A stretch of 62,807 nucleotides of DNA, filler included, from Choristocarpus tenellus KU-1152 (GCA_964200185.2; 11 parts of 11 records of this genome joined end to end with filler, not necessarily neighbours in it), one strand, 5' to 3'; positions 25,450 through 39,873 are shown, counted from the whole stretch's first letter. The notes: a model not told the origin generated them from the letters alone. Made by a program: numbers and translations.

Positions 25450-26330
25450 CTGTAACAGGACCTCAAGTCTTTTAGCCTTAGGCATTCGAATATTTTACGT
25501 ACGTGATTCATTCATAAAGCACGTGAAAATATCCCAAGTTTTTTTATCTGTTGGTTGATGAGCCATTCAATCTTTGCAAGATCTATTTTGACACTTCAAA
25601 GTATTGATAATTTTGCATTTTCTGGTCGAATCCCATTTCCCATGCCTGAAATGCAGATAACTCCCCTTTGGAGGTTGTGACTGTAGAAGAGGACTGAGGC
25701 TTGTCCACACATGCGTGAAATCACTGTCCAGGGTGCTAGAAGCACATGTATGTACGAAAAGGCAGTCACGGGTTCCTCAGATGCTCAACAACATATCCTT
25801 CTACGATAGGACGGATATCGGCTGTGATACCTGCATCACCCCTGACTGTGCCTCCAAGGTAAACAAACTTAACTTATCAGCCTGCTACTTATAGCTCTGG
25901 TCCAAGCCCCAGATCTGCAGTCCTTTTGGGAGGTCGAAGGCACATGGTCTCTGTTGCCAACTAGGGCACACAGTCATCCTGAAGGTCCAAGCCAACTCCA
26001 CTGTCATTGCCATCAACCTGGTCAGATTTCCTTGAATCTTCCGTTCAATGCTAGCATCGCCGATATTGACCATACACCCCAAATTCGCCGTTCTAGTGCT
26101 ACGCCACTCTTTGTTCCTCCTCCTCTGGTGACATAGTTCTTTGTAGCGGCCCCCTCAACTATAATAACAATTTCCTTGGAGATGACTGGGATAATGAATA
26201 CCTGAACTGCTATGCTTTAGGGCTGCAGTGAGGATGTTGAAGAAGATGAGAGCGCGAACACCCTTTGCCTTACCTCGAACCAATCGATGCACTCACTCCA
26301 TCACCCATCCTACACATGCTCATAGTCAGT
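25450..26330 (-). pseudogene. Degenerate PIF/Harbinger DDE transposase relic
   Basis: Motifs occur in the expected order across frameshifts: CVG..DG (~26300), LMAMTV..FRMTVCP..AF (~26000), GDAG (~25835), KLGIFSRAL..VRKIF.CLRL (~25500). Confidence 0.45.
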
Positions 26331-29300
26331 CGAAAATGGAACTCACGAATGATTGAGACAAATTCTCATGCACTTTGAAGTTGGCAAGCACAGCCCACAC
26401 AGGAAACTAATTTGTCCATAGTTGAAGGAGAGGTGGAGGAAGGGGGGGTAATATCAGGTGGGCAGATAGTCTCGACTTCTGATATATATATATACATATA
26501 TTTTAGGGGGGCGTCGTTGATTATATGGGGCCAATGTCTGTGACTGCCTTACGGGTACATGTTCTAGCACTCTGGGCAGTGATTCCACCCTATCTGTACG
26601 AACATTCATCACCTCTTCTACATACAGTCTAATTCAGGTATAGTACAAGGGGTGTGAGGCAGAAATTTCCTAACGTTTTTTTTATCAGTATCCATTAAGA
26701 GCCAAAACAAACGACTAGGGGGTCAGACTCCAGGTAACTGCTAAGTAATCATGCCCACCCACCCGCCCTCTCGATTGCTCACAATTGAGTGGGATATTGG
26801 GGAGGAGGGAGAGGTCACAGTCAGGCAGGGTAGATATATTCTAGATCAAAGGCACAATAGTATGCCAGTGGGTGAACGTGGAGTATTTTGGATGATTGTG
26901 GAATGGTTTTAGATTAATGGGGAGTGTTGCCGAAAACTTGGAGTGTCAAGGATGGAGGTGAAGTGTTTTGGGAGGATTGTTGTAGAGTGGATACGAGAAA
27001 ATTAGCCGCATTGATGTGTGGTGAGTGGATATCATACGCGGAAATTGGGCACATAGTTTGGGTGGTAACAAGTTGACGTTGTGGTATGGAATGAGTGTTA
27101 TGAGACCAGTTGACAAGAGGTGGAGTGTACATGACGTTAAAAGACGGGGAAATGAATAGATCCAAAATTTGAGTGTAATACAAAAATAATAACATAATAT
27201 TATGGACCCTTCAATCAGGTGTCAACGAATTCCGAAATATCCCAGCACATCTGGAAAATGTCAGAGGGGAAAATAGTGAAAAGTTTAAGCTTCAGCCCCA
27301 CTTCGAAAAATCTGGAGTGGTATGATGATGTTCAGCCTTTTCCCAGAAGAATAGTACAATTAATATATTTTTGTTATGCAGTTGATATTGTACGCTATAC
27401 ATATATCAACGGCTTCATGTTCGAAAGTTTTAGGCACCTGAGTAAGTAAGCAGACAGTTGTTTAGATGAGTTGGCTAAACACGTAGCGGGGGAGAAACGG
27501 GAGGGAATTTATATCAAGAAAGGGGGCTGTCAAGTCCCGCTTACAACAGATAGTGTCCTTCATTGCACAAGTGGCTCTCTCGAGACGCGTTGTGCGTTTC
27601 AAGCTAAAGGACACCAGGCACATGGGCAAGAAGGGGCCTGTTCGATTCTCGGGACGCTTCCCTAGCTCCTCGTCCTCCTTTGCAGGGTTACGTTACGTTA
27701 GAGGCATTGCCGCAGTGTACGCGTTACATTGTAACTTCCAACCTTTCAAGGAAGGGTTGTAGTATAGGTAGTATTCAAATAGTAGATAGTTTTCAGAGAG
27801 ATATCTTTTCATCAACGACAACTGTTACTTCTACAAGGGTCCTTGAGATATCGGTTCGGTTCTTCAATCACACATCTACAAATTTGTCAGAGGGCATCAA
27901 AATAGTATAAGGCTAGGTTACAAGCGTAACAGGTGTATACATTACTTAGTAGAGAACAATATTCAAGGCGGCATATTTTAGGAAGTTGTTTTACATTGAG
28001 ACAACAACTGCTATCTTATCTATACATGCAGTAGCTTCTGTCAAATAGCTTGGTCTTGTTCCCCCCCCCTAAATACATCATCATCTGTAACACGTCAGAG
28101 GGAGTAACAAAGTTAAACACCAAATATATCGTCAACACCTTTTTGTATTGCCAACGAAGAATTAAACTCAGAACACAAAAAACACGTACGAACGAACGAC
28201 AACTGGTACTGAGCTTAAGAAGCGAGAGGCACACAGGGTTTCATTTGAAGGATGCTGACAAATGTGCAAAACTCAACTTGTACAAATTCGTACAGGGACC
28301 TCCTGAATTTTATCGAAGATTTTTTTAACAGAGAAATCAACTCTCTCAAGTCAATCTTAGCACACTTCATACATAGAAATAAATGTGAATGGGAAAATAT
28401 GAAAAACGTGGCTTCAAATTCAAAACGGTCAAACCTGTGTACCTCAAAAGAAGCACCACGAAGGTGGGTAAGAAGGAGTCTCGCTGGTTCTTGGGATGCT
28501 TTCCCTAGGTCCTTTCTTGTCAACGTAGCTATTTTTTATTGAGAGGGGTGTCTTTGTATTGATAACCACTATATCAGCAATCCCTTGTAATATGGATCTG
28601 GTTTTCATTCCCACATCTCCAAAATGAGAGAGATAATAATAATATATATATACACATACGAGTACGTATTATTACGTATGTAACAAGACTAGTAGAAATT
28701 CAGATATTTTCGATTTCAGAAACTTTTGGAAGAGGTACGTCTACCTGACACCAGATTTTAACCTCCACTCACATTTATTGTCTTATCCCTAACCCTAAAG
28801 CTAACCCTAGCACCATTCATGTATAACGTATCATCATGAATACTAAAAAATATGAAATGTAACCAGAAGAGTAGTTTGGGGAACAAATAGTCTCAAGACT
28901 TGTCATCATGCGTTTTAACCTGGAGACACCGGGGAGATGGGAAACGATGGGCATGTAAGATTCTTGGGTTTCTTTTTCTATTTGGTGATGGTAGTAAATA
29001 GTAGATAGAAAAATATCTTTCATATTTTCGACAACTTTTACTTTTTCGTACGTTTTGATATTGAATTGGCTTTTCATCGTTTTTTTTGGTGATACATGTG
29101 GAAAATGTGACAGGGTACTATAAAAAATAGTAGGAAATATGATTGAGGTGTCTCTATAAACTTGAGAACCTAATAGAGTCCCCTGTTAGCTTCTGGCTTT
29201 CTCCTCAAGTGTTAAGGTACATTTTTATTATTTTGCCCTCGAACAAATTGCAAATGTGTGAACGAAAAAGCAATTCAATACCTTAACCATTGTAAAAGGT

Positions 29301-30246
29301 AAAATTGTAGATCGTTACACCTTACTACTACTATTTGTGTTTTTGGGTTGTGAATTCTAGATCGGAAGTACAATTTACCCATTTAAGAGTAGTTATGTAT
29401 GGTATATTATATTTAGTACAAAGTTATACATAATATTTAGTGGATCTTTCTACACTCCCCCCCATCAAATATCAAAAAACGAAGATGTTCACCCATACAA
29501 AATCCACCACTACCGCCTCACCTCATCAGTTTACAAAAAGTGTAGCACTATTAATAATAATACTACTATATATTGTATGTGAAAACCATGGTATTTAATC
29601 CTTCATTCATTACATAGTACAATTCATATTTTAGACCTAATACAAGTGGAAACATTTATTATTCAAAAAGAGGAAAGATTCCATCAATTCGAAAACGGTC
29701 ATATACAGTATATTCGCCGTATACAGTATTTTGAGTCATCTCCATTTAAAATAATAACAAAACATGAACTCAACCATACCTTCCACATTCACATTATTCA
29801 TTCATTGTCTGATCACATTCTGGGTTTCGTTGGAAAAATCTGACGTTGATGGAATAGTCTGAAGGATTTGATGCTGTGACTCGTAATTGTTATAATGTAG
29901 GTATAGATGACATCCTGCCTGCTTACAGGGGAAGGAGGGTTTAGAACACATCACTATACTTTTTAACATAGATAAACATAAAACATACGAAGGATAGACT
30001 GTTTGAACACCTGTACACAGGCCCATGACATAATGTAAATTATGGGGGCAACGCAGTTCGAAAATCCCCTGACTTCCTGGCTGGCGGAACAGTCCAACAG
30101 AGACCCCTTCAATACGATTGTCCACGATATCCATGCGAAGGTAGACACAAACAACATCTCTCATTCTTCCCATATTTGTGCAAGGAAACGATCCAGTTGT
30201 TTCCCAGGACCAGTGTGTTTTTGTGTCTGTCTCGCCTTCAAAGACA

Positions 30247-31371
30247 ATGGTGATGGCGTCTTATGTAGCAGAAGAGCGATGTGGAATGTCTTCAGACAGC
30301 ACTTGCGGTACAGACTACTCTAGCGATGAGGACATCTCAGGTTGCTCCAGGTGCCGGATGAAACCATGCGATAATGAGGCGGATGTGCGAGGAAATACTC
30401 CGGACAGATTTATTGACAAGGGAACTGAGGCTGGCGTCTCCCTTGGTGTTGTCGAATCAGATCTGTCCACGTTGTGTGAGGATTGGGGAATTGTTTGGTT
30501 GCGAGCGCACATCGAAAGGCACTCCATCAAGTTCGTTGTGTTCGATATGGATCTTACAGTGACTAGCAAGCACTCAGGGGGACAGCTGCCACAGGAACCT
30601 GAGTTCGTTGCATCCTACTTGGACTCTGCCCGAGATACCGATGCCTTTAAGGTTACTATTGAGTCCGTGTCTGTCATGGATCAGTTTGACTACTGCCTCC
30701 CCCCCTCCCTAGAGTCTGTTCAGCCTTTAAGTTCTTGCGTGTGATAGTGATAGACAAACTCTGGAAAGGTCTTCCTTCGGAGTTATGCTTGCTCTCGAAT
30801 CTGAACCCCATTTTTGGTTCTTCCGCTTGATCGTGCTCGACTAGGCTGGCACCAGTCTTTGTAAGCTTCAAATATTTATGGAGTTTCCCCGACCTTTGAG
30901 TTACAATCCTTAACACATATTCACATATTTCAATCTTCACAGGCGATGCGATTGTGTCACTTCCTTGGGGTCAAGATTGGTGTGGCGACGTTTCAGAGGG
31001 AAGTCGATGATGGGCGATATATAGGGGGGTCCCGTCTGGTACGAGATGTGCTGAACGGTATGGGGGTAGGTGGGCTTGTAGGCGAGCGGGATATTGTGGC
31101 GCTCAATGCACGGCAATACGTAGATATGATCCGATTTCGATCCACGTACAACAAGAACGATATGATCCGAACCCTGTTTGACTGTTGGGGGGTAGATTTT
31201 GCGCCAGGTTCGACCCTCCTGATAGATGACACCCTCCAGAACCTTGAAGCTTTTGTGCGGATTGGGGGACATGGACTTCACATCTTGGGAGGTCAGGGTA
31301 TGATGCTCGAGCGAACAAGAGCACTCACACCTGTTTGTGTGTTTGTTCCGGGGGAAGAACGACGCTGTTGA
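30247..31371 (+). CDS. HAD-superfamily hydrolase/phosphatase, two exons
   Basis: Exon 30247-30651 has motif I (FVVFDMDLT) and donor AAG|GT. Exon 30943-31371 has motif II (GVATF), motif III (NK) and motif IV (TLLIDD..QN), then TGA. The splice is phase 0; the start codon is tentative. Confidence 0.85.
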
Positions 31372-32020
31372 TAGTGTTGAGGTGCTCACATTTTTCATTT
31401 ATGTGTTTTTGTATGTTTTGTGTGTATTTGTGTGTTTGGTCTTTTGGTTCTGTACGTGATATATTTTGCCTCGGACTTATAGTTGGAAGGTGGGCTATGT
31501 CCTATTACATGGATGATCACGTGATCTGACCCCTCTAAGGATAAAAAGTAAGCCAAAGTAGTGACCATCTACTTCACGTGAAAGATACATGACCCTGCAT
31601 TCCCTTGGGCATACTGTGCGTTGTGTTTGGTTAGTGGTGTTCATGTTTATGCCAGGGCCAAGAGTCCAGGAATGTGCAGTTGAGATATGGGCCTCATCTG
31701 GGCCCGAAGTTCTCATGTATTTGTGTGCTCAAGAAAGGCAAGCTCCCAGATCTCTGGCGTGTAGATGTATGAAAAAATATAAAGATTCAATATGTATTTT
31801 GGGGTCCTCTTCCTCAAGCAATAGTGGAGGTAGATTATTGGAAGTAGGAACATTCATGCCAATAGTTTGTGAATGTGTGAATGGCATACAATTTGTCCCT
31901 TGAGGGTGTAATGACACATTTTTTTGTGGTCACTCATTTTGAGTGCGCAAATGCAGCTCGTATGTACCATAATTTAAGAGTCTGTGGATAATCATACAGT
32001 TAGTTTCTGCCTTCTCTTTT

Positions 32021-32240
32021 GATTGAAAGTATCCTAGAGAGGGAGTTCAGTGTCCATTGGAGACCTCTGTGAATCTTTAGTGATACTCACGCAATATGAG
32101 TGGATGTGTCAGACGTAAGAGCAATTTCCTTCATCTGAATGCACCGTCCTTCCATCCCCCTGCCTGAACCAAATCCGAAGCGAAATCACCAGCAAAATGG
32201 GCATCAAACTGGGGCTTCCACAACATCGCAATCAATAACT
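32021..32240. mobile_element. MITE family C, partial copy
   Basis: Begins GATTGAAAGTATCCTAGAGAGGG and is internally similar to 11923-12197. Confidence 0.5.
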
Positions 32241-33759
32241 AGACATATAGAGCAATTAACGCCATGCTACAGAGTGGATGGTGGCAGTCTTCTCTCTCTC
32301 CTATTATCATACTCAAGACAATGAATAGATGTCCAAAGCAGCATGGTGTATTCCAAGTGTGGGATGCTTCCCTCCCTAGCACACATTTATCATGCATCAT
32401 CACATCTGAAGACTTGCTTATTGCCTTCTGCTTAGCGATTTTGCTAAGAGTGCTGGCCTTGAGCAGGGATCGGAATTCATGGAAACAGAGATTGAACATA
32501 GTTAGGAGGATGGATTCCAGTAAGAGTGGGAACCAGAGATCCACAAAGAGTTATTTGTTATTTTGGTACTACTTTATAGAGTACAATGCAATGTCAAAAA
32601 CATTTGGGATTCGTATCCTGTTACATTTCGTCTGTCCTTTCTCTATCAACCTGTCTGTCTCTTTACGTCTTTTTCTACCACTCAAATGTCAGTGTCCTGG
32701 CTGTACACCCATCTCCAGCATACACCTTGGTCATTTGCCTACCACTCTGGAGTACATAATATGCCAGTTAGTTCGACTCGGTGGAAGGAGGTGGGAAGGC
32801 GCTACGTAGGAAGGAAAAGAGTTCTCAAGGATAAAAAGAAAATAGCAACAAGTTGGGAGGACAGAGGATTATTATTTTGATTTCGATAGATTGGGCGACT
32901 TCATGGGTTTAGTAGTTAGTGAGGATGTGTCTCGTACAAATTTCGACAGTTAAACCTTTTCGATGTCAAATGTCTTTTAACGGAAATTGGTTTTGTTTTA
33001 TGGTGCTTGTACATACGAACCGCTCATGCCCTATATGCTCCTCCACGTATCGTATGACCCCTCATGCTCATGCAGTCGCTCTAATGACATGGCAAACTTA
33101 TCCGATTGCACAAAATCCAGGTCCTTCAGAACCTGTCAGAATTTGGTTTCCATGATCCAGTTGCAAGTGGCAAGGTCAACGGAATGTACCCCTATACTAC
33201 TATTTACTATCCTGCCTGTGGCTCTACCACAAAATCGCCAGGCTAAGATAGAGGTGGAAGCTTCAAAGTGATTACAGCACAAGACTCGCAGGAGGAGATG
33301 GAGGGAAGGGAGGTGTGACTACTGAACCCAACGTGCGAGAAACAAGGTAGGAAGGGAGACAGTACAACTAGTTGTAGTGCAACAGGCAGTCTGTAGTGTC
33401 ACACTTCAACTTTACGATTCACAACGTGATCCATCGACCATTGACCGGGCTTGTATGGACTATTTGCCTCTGATTTTGGATTCAAATGCCAGTATGCTAT
33501 ATTTCCAGAGTATGGAAGGCTAAGTTGAATGGCGTTCCCCTGCTCAATTACGTGCTATTCAAATGCGATACATAATAATTCCACTGATCCTATTCCCATT
33601 GTTGCTCCTAAAACACGAGATCAATTATGTACGGTTTTTGTTAACACATTTAGTCACACAAACGGGATGGGACACTGGGGCAGACAATGGGCTAATATTT
33701 CCCAAAAATCCAATGAAACCCTTGAAGCATGCCCTGCGTTTTCGTCACCTCCTTGGTAG

Positions 33760-35461
33760 AATTACTACAGCTGTTGACCGTTCATCTACAAGTTCTAGCA
33801 ACCGTAAATATATCGATCAAATTGATATTGCCCTCTTTGAAGGTGGACTACAACCCCATCTGCGGCTAAAACAGTTCAGTGAAGATTTTGCTTCTATATT
33901 ATCTGAAGCTATTAATCGTGCGAAACGTCATGAAGTTAACAATCTAATGGGAAAACGACATGCCCACACACTTGCCCCTGTCCCTTCGATTCCGCCGACT
34001 ATTCCGACTGCTGTATCTGCTATTTCCGCCAGTCACGCATAGCCTGCGTTTCCCTCGGCAAAGATTGCTGCTCTTCAAGCTACAAATATTCGTGTTGAAG
34101 GAAAAATTAATTCTGCGCCAGACACACTAGAATTTGGACACTGCAAGTGATATACCATGTATTTCTCACAAATTTTTACGTACCCACACTACGCTCCTGA
34201 ATTCCCATATTGAATCGATTCTACCAGGTGCAATCAACCTTTGTTCTCCAGATGGCAGTACTCTGACCATCATGAGGTTTATCAGGTTTTCTCTACAATT
34301 AGGTGATATCACTATCCCAGTTGAAGCTTTAGTGTTGCCCACTTTAGGATCTGATGATGTTCCTTCTTGATAATGGTGTTCTTGACGCTTTTAGAGCGAC
34401 ATATGACTGGCAGTCTCAAACATTATCATTCCAAAAAAGTACCGCTGTTATACCTGTCATACATCGTACTACTCCTTTTGATAGTTCAGCTCCTGTTGAA
34501 ATATTAGCTATACTAGCGAAAGTTCCATCTGTCCCATTTCGCCTGAGGAAAAAAAAATTCCATTCCCCCAGAATCAGAAACGCTTGTACCTGTTGTAAAT
34601 GATGAAAGTCCCTCTGATACTTGTGGTGCTCTTTTAGAACTTCTGTTCATTTCATGATATTGATTCACTAAATGCCAATGATCCTTGGCAATATATTGCT
34701 ATTGCTCGAACAGTTACAATGTGGGATGCTGATGATGGTTCAGGGGTAGCACATATTGCTAATATGGTTTCACAAACAGTTCATTTACCAAAGAATACTC
34801 TACTTGGTCACATCTTCCCAGCAGGTGTAGTCAACATCAGACACTCTCACATTAGTACTGTATCTTCAACATCTCTCCCCTGGTCTGAACGAACGCGTCT
34901 TGATAATGCATTGAAGCCTGCTTTCGTCAACACAACTTTCTCTTCACCTCAAATACACGAAACACTGAATCTTTGTGCCAAATTCCGTTCAGTATTTTCC
35001 CTCGACACCTCTGAATTGAGAACTTGCACGATTGATGAAGCCGATTTTCCCCTCGAACCAGGTACCAGACCTATTAGTCGGGCACCATATCGAACCAATC
35101 CACATGTTAAAGGTATTATTGATAAATTTGTTGAAGATTTACAAAACCAAGGACTAATTGAAGCTCGTTCTAGCCCATGGGGACCCCCTGTTACTATTTT
35201 AGCCAAAGCAGATGGGACCTCAAGATTCTGCATTGATTATCGGCAGAACATCAATAAATACCACATCAATTGTTCTTGGCCCATGCTCTTAGCTGAAGAA
35301 CATCTTGATTCTATTGGTGCAACAAAAATTCTTTCTGTTGCAGATGTTCAATCAGTGTATATCATCAAATTCCTGTGGCGAAAGCAGACATTGACAAGAC
35401 TGCTTTTGACACCGATAAAGGCAAGTTTGTATGGAAACGACTTTCTTTTGGACTGGGCAAT
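33760..35461 (+). mobile_element. Degenerate Ty3/Gypsy LTR retrotransposon (gag end, protease, RT start)
   Basis: Gag-like LFEGGLQPHLR, protease LDTASDIPCIS, and RT PYRTNP...SSPWGPPVTILAKADGTSRFCIDYR. It has stops and frameshifts and is interrupted by MITE A at 35462. Confidence 0.9.
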
Positions 35462-35530
35462 GAGTCAAAGTGTCTTAGAGGGTAGAGCCGCGTCCGTTTG
35501 GGGGTTAAAATCCAATGTTGCGATTTTGAT
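35462..35530. mobile_element. MITE family A, partial copy inserted in Gypsy RT
   Basis: Begins GAGTCAAAGTGTCTTAGAGGGTAGAGCCGCG and is truncated by the spacer. Confidence 0.85.
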
Positions 35531-36989
35531 NNNNNNNNNNNNNNNNNNNNNNNNNNNNNNNNNNNNNNNNNNNNTTAATTAATTAANNNNNNNNNNNNNN
35601 NNNNNNNNNNNNNNNNNNNNNNNNNNNNNNCCTCCTTATCTCGTACCCCTTAATTTCTTGACTGCTATCCTCTGTTTCTGCCTACCACTCGATTTAATTA
35701 ACTCTCTCGTTCCTTCCTTAACTATTAATTCTCTTCTTCTTTCTTTCTTTTCTATCCCCACATTCTTGTCCTGTGCCCCCAGTCAACCAGAATTCTCCCG
35801 CCCACAAAACTCAGTTTACTTCATAAACTCTCACTTTTCAACTATTTCCTCGGAATTTCCCCCACTTGAAAGGGGAAGCGGGAGGAACACCTGATTTGTG
35901 ATTTTAAATATTGGAAACAGTTATGTTCAGCTGTTTCTAGTTTAGTTTTCATCTACAAAAAGTAGCATACATTTAGCGTAAAGGTACAATGTGGTGGTAC
36001 TTTGACGATGAAAATGCAAAATCAGAAACTTCACCTCTCGATCGAATCCATTTTAGTGTGGACACACCAAGAGTATTGTATGGACATTTGGTTGTCATCA
36101 GTGACGTTCACATCGACATCAATCACAGAGATGGTGCGACAATATCCCCAACCACTTTCCGTTTCTAGTCACAATTTGACGCGACAGCACCCACACTATT
36201 GGAGACTGAACTCCAATTCATCCGAAGATAGATGGTTGTGAAACCTTCGAGGTTTGCTCAACCAACCCCTCTCTCACACAACTGGTCATTATGAACACTC
36301 CCCACGCCGGATTAGACCCTGCATCACAAACGTGGTACTCACGCCAACAGTTTGAAGGGGATTTCAACAAGTGAGAGGTCCTTATCATGGCTGCAACAAA
36401 ACAAAGACGTGGCAAAAGACAAATGCCAGTCTGAGAATGTGAAGGCAAAGCTCAACCTTCTCTACAGAATAACCCGACACCTCTACCAAACCCAAATATT
36501 ATATCCTCAATCCTGATAACTGATTTAGTCGAAGGCATCCCCTGGGATACTCACACGAACAAGAAAGGGAGGCGCTGGAGGTTGTAGAGGATAATGCCAG
36601 TCAGCACATACTGAGAGACTTAATGTGTGGCAAGCTTCATGATTTCGCGCTGGCTGTCTCAATCCTCACAGCCACATTCAACATGGTTCAATTACACATG
36701 GAGAGATAAGTACAGCACGTTGTTCTAACCTCCATATTATAAAGTGAACAATTTTTATTTCAAGGACATCGTAGAGATCAAGTTCTTTGAGATAATTAAA
36801 GAAGGGCAACAAGGTGTAGTAGTTGTGTCTGATATAAGAGGATTTTTTCAGCCTTTTCTGTTCGTTGGTATCCTACCCAGTTCTAAGCAATGTATATTTG
36901 ATAGGTTACCACTCCAAAAAGGCTAAACCATAATTTTAAAGTAGGAGACATGGGAGACCAACATCCTATCCAGATCTTTGTAACATTTC

Positions 36990-37520
36990 TATGAGATCTA
37001 ACCTAGCAGTTGATAACTCAACAAGTTGTCACTCAAACAGGCAAAAAGATTATGCTTTTGAGCAACCAGCATAGATGTCTCAAGCAAACCTTTTTGATAA
37101 TCGTTTGGGATCCAACCCAGTAGCTGACAATCCTTCAATGGGTCTTTCACTTGAATAGGCCAACTGATGATGCACTTGAGCAATAAATATCTCAGTCACA
37201 TCCTTCTAATGATCCTTTGGTTTCCTACCCAATAGTGAGTAATTCGACTACAAGTTGTCACTCAGATAGGTCAAGCAATAAAGACACGGGTAACCAATGC
37301 GTACACCACAGCTTTGTGTTTTTTGTGTGTTGGAACCAATCCAGAAGTTGACACCCCAACAAGTTGTGACTCAAACCGGCCAATCGCTGCCGCACTTGAA
37401 CAATCAATGTCTTCACATTTGTGTAACAATTCTTTGGGCTCCAACCCTATAGTGGAAAAACACCCACAACGGTTCACCACTCAAATTAACCTCATTGCAA
37501 CCCACTGCCTCTCAAACTCA
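36990..37520 (+). repeat. Degenerate ~110-bp tandem repeat, about 5 units, upstream of Gypsy pol
   Basis: Anchors recur at ~36995, 37107, 37221, 37331 and 37437, and the motif CAAGTTGT(C/G)ACTCA at 37022, 37251 and 37359. It translates as GSNP(V/I)..TSC(H/D)SNR...ALEQ.MS..L.N.L units. Confidence 0.65.
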
Positions 37521-37999
37521 AGTTGTTCATCCAATAACAACCACAAAAGTGAAGCATTTTCCCGAACCTATTCGACCAGTGGGTCAAGACTTTGTTTCAC
37601 AAAGTCAGCTTATTGTTGGTGCATATTTGCAATCGATCAATACTCTAAACAAAGCCAAACCAACTGAGAGGTAGGCAGGTTTGGACCCTTTAGCATTCTA
37701 AGCCACCTTTGTCGTACTCTGCGATACACTTTATTTCGTTGCTTCATGTACGCATTAGTGTACGCAAAATTGATATTCCCCCTTCCACAGACAATTGTGA
37801 CACCACAATTAAGCAATGTTTCTTTCTGCAATTCTACAAAATGGTGGCGTTTTGCCCTTTCTCATCAGGACCCTCATTATACAACCCTGCATACCTCTCG
37901 ATTTATTTTGGCTTACAACCTTGTACTTTGCAGTTTCCATCCTTTTGAGTATCAATTCCCAGAAAAACGAATGATGATTCAGTTTCACACATCACATGT

Positions 38000-39873
38000 G
38001 ATATAACTGCAACTGACATTTTGGACATTAGGTATGGTCATATGCAAGCCCACCCCATCCTTCGTCCTGTTTACATAGCCCTATACCAGATGGTGCTGTA
38101 TATTTAATATGTGGTAGGGGAAGACCATTGCAAGTACAATGCTTTATTCAATTTCAACTAACCTTGGGGAATAAAACACTGCCTGTTCACAGATAGTAGT
38201 CCTGCCCTCCGTGGGTAGGTGTTAACAAAATACTTTTTGGCAATAGTATCATGGCTGCTTTTGGAGTAAAGTTGTATTGGGATAGAGAAGGACTTTTTTT
38301 CTTGGGAGCACATTTCGCATTCCAGACACTCAAAATTGATATCCTATGCCCATTGTTAATCCACCCACCAAAATTACTGTTTGTCCCTTTTAAACAGACA
38401 TGACAGTTGCTCCAGTGACATTTGAGTTCACTGCACCAGAACAAGTAACATGTAAAACACATTCACCCCCTGGAACCAATTTTTTTGTTCCAATATGTTC
38501 TCAAGCCTTGCCTGGATTGGGCAAAGACCCTGTGGTGGTGGAGCCCAATGTCAAGACGAACACGGACTTCACCAACAACGAGCATCACTGCTCTCTATGA
38601 AAATATATCACGCTCAGACGTGTCCTAAATTGTTTGAGAAGTGGATGGATATTTCCTAGTTAAAACTGCCAAAACTTCTAATAATGGTGTTCAAATCCCT
38701 CGTCGATCTGTTCTGGGTCAAAAATGCGCACAATTTCTGAACCACAGACCAGTACCATAGCAGCTTGTCCGACCACTTCACAGGAACTGAAAACTGTCCA
38801 TGATGAGTTAAGAGAAGGTTTCGGTAAAAAAGTCCTGGTAGATACAGTGCTGTCTGGTAATGAACAAGAAAAACTACTTGAACTTGTTGCCAAATATCGA
38901 CCTGTATTTTTGCTAACTTCTGAGGAACTAGGCTCTCTTGCAATAGTACCAGTGTAGAATTCCCACTTTGACCAGGTACAGTTCTTGTGAGTTGCCCTCA
39001 ATATCGACCCGCACCAGAAATACAAGAAACAATCTGTAGTTGAATGCAGAACATTGATGTTCAAGGGAAAAAACAACAATCCTCAAGTCCTTGGGCGTCA
39101 CCAGTACCTATAGTTACAAACCCTGATGGGTCTCCTCGATTCTGTGTAGACTTTAGGCTCTCATTAGACTAGAATTTGGTACGTAATTTCTGGCAGTTAC
39201 CATCTATGGAAGATATTTTGGGTGCACTAGGGAGGGGGGGCAAATACCTGCCATGTCTCAATGTTCAGTCCACCTATTGGCAACTACCAATCAACAATGC
39301 CTGCGAACGTCAAAAAAATGCTTCTGTTGCATTGGATGGTAAATACGAATTCAAAAGTCTACCCTTTGTGGATATATCAACGCTCATGTCGGAAAAATGT
39401 TCGACTCTGGAACTAAGTATGGGTTTGATAATTCATCTTGATGACAGTGTACTAGCCTCTCCGACATGGATCCATCATATCCAACTTCTTGAGAGTGTAT
39501 TGTCCTTACTGCAGCAAGTTGGAGTCACTCTTTCAACCATCTAAAGTCCAATTTGGCTCAAAATCAATCAATTATTTAGGGCATGGTGTCAGCCCCAGAG
39601 GTTTTGCTGTGTGTCACCAGATCGAGTTCAGGCTATCACTGCTCTGGAGCCCCTTAAATCCGTGAAAGAATTACAACCCTTTCGGAAATACATTCCTCAT
39701 TTGGCTACGATAACTGAACCTTAGTGTCACTTACAACGAAAGGTACCAAGAATCTGTATGTAACAAGAGTCTATCTTTATGGGGACAACTACAACAAAAG
39801 TCCATTAACTATGGACACCAGTGATAAGTTTTCCTGACTTTACCAAAGCATTTTCCGTACAGGTAGACGGTAG
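38000..39873 (+). mobile_element. Degenerate Ty3/Gypsy pol (RT and RNase H start)
   Basis: SPWASPV..VTNPDGSPRFCVDFR, LNVQSTYWQLP, IHLDDSVL, PDFTKAFSVQVDGS, with many frameshifts. Confidence 0.9.

Noticed and set aside
26900-29850. AT-rich region with short intronless ORFs as a possible endogenous giant-virus fragment
   Set aside because: No recognisable viral hallmark motifs, ORFs are short, and parts match dispersed repeats elsewhere in the window.
36295-36350. tRNA-like fragment on the minus strand
   Set aside because: No complete cloverleaf or convincing A/B boxes.
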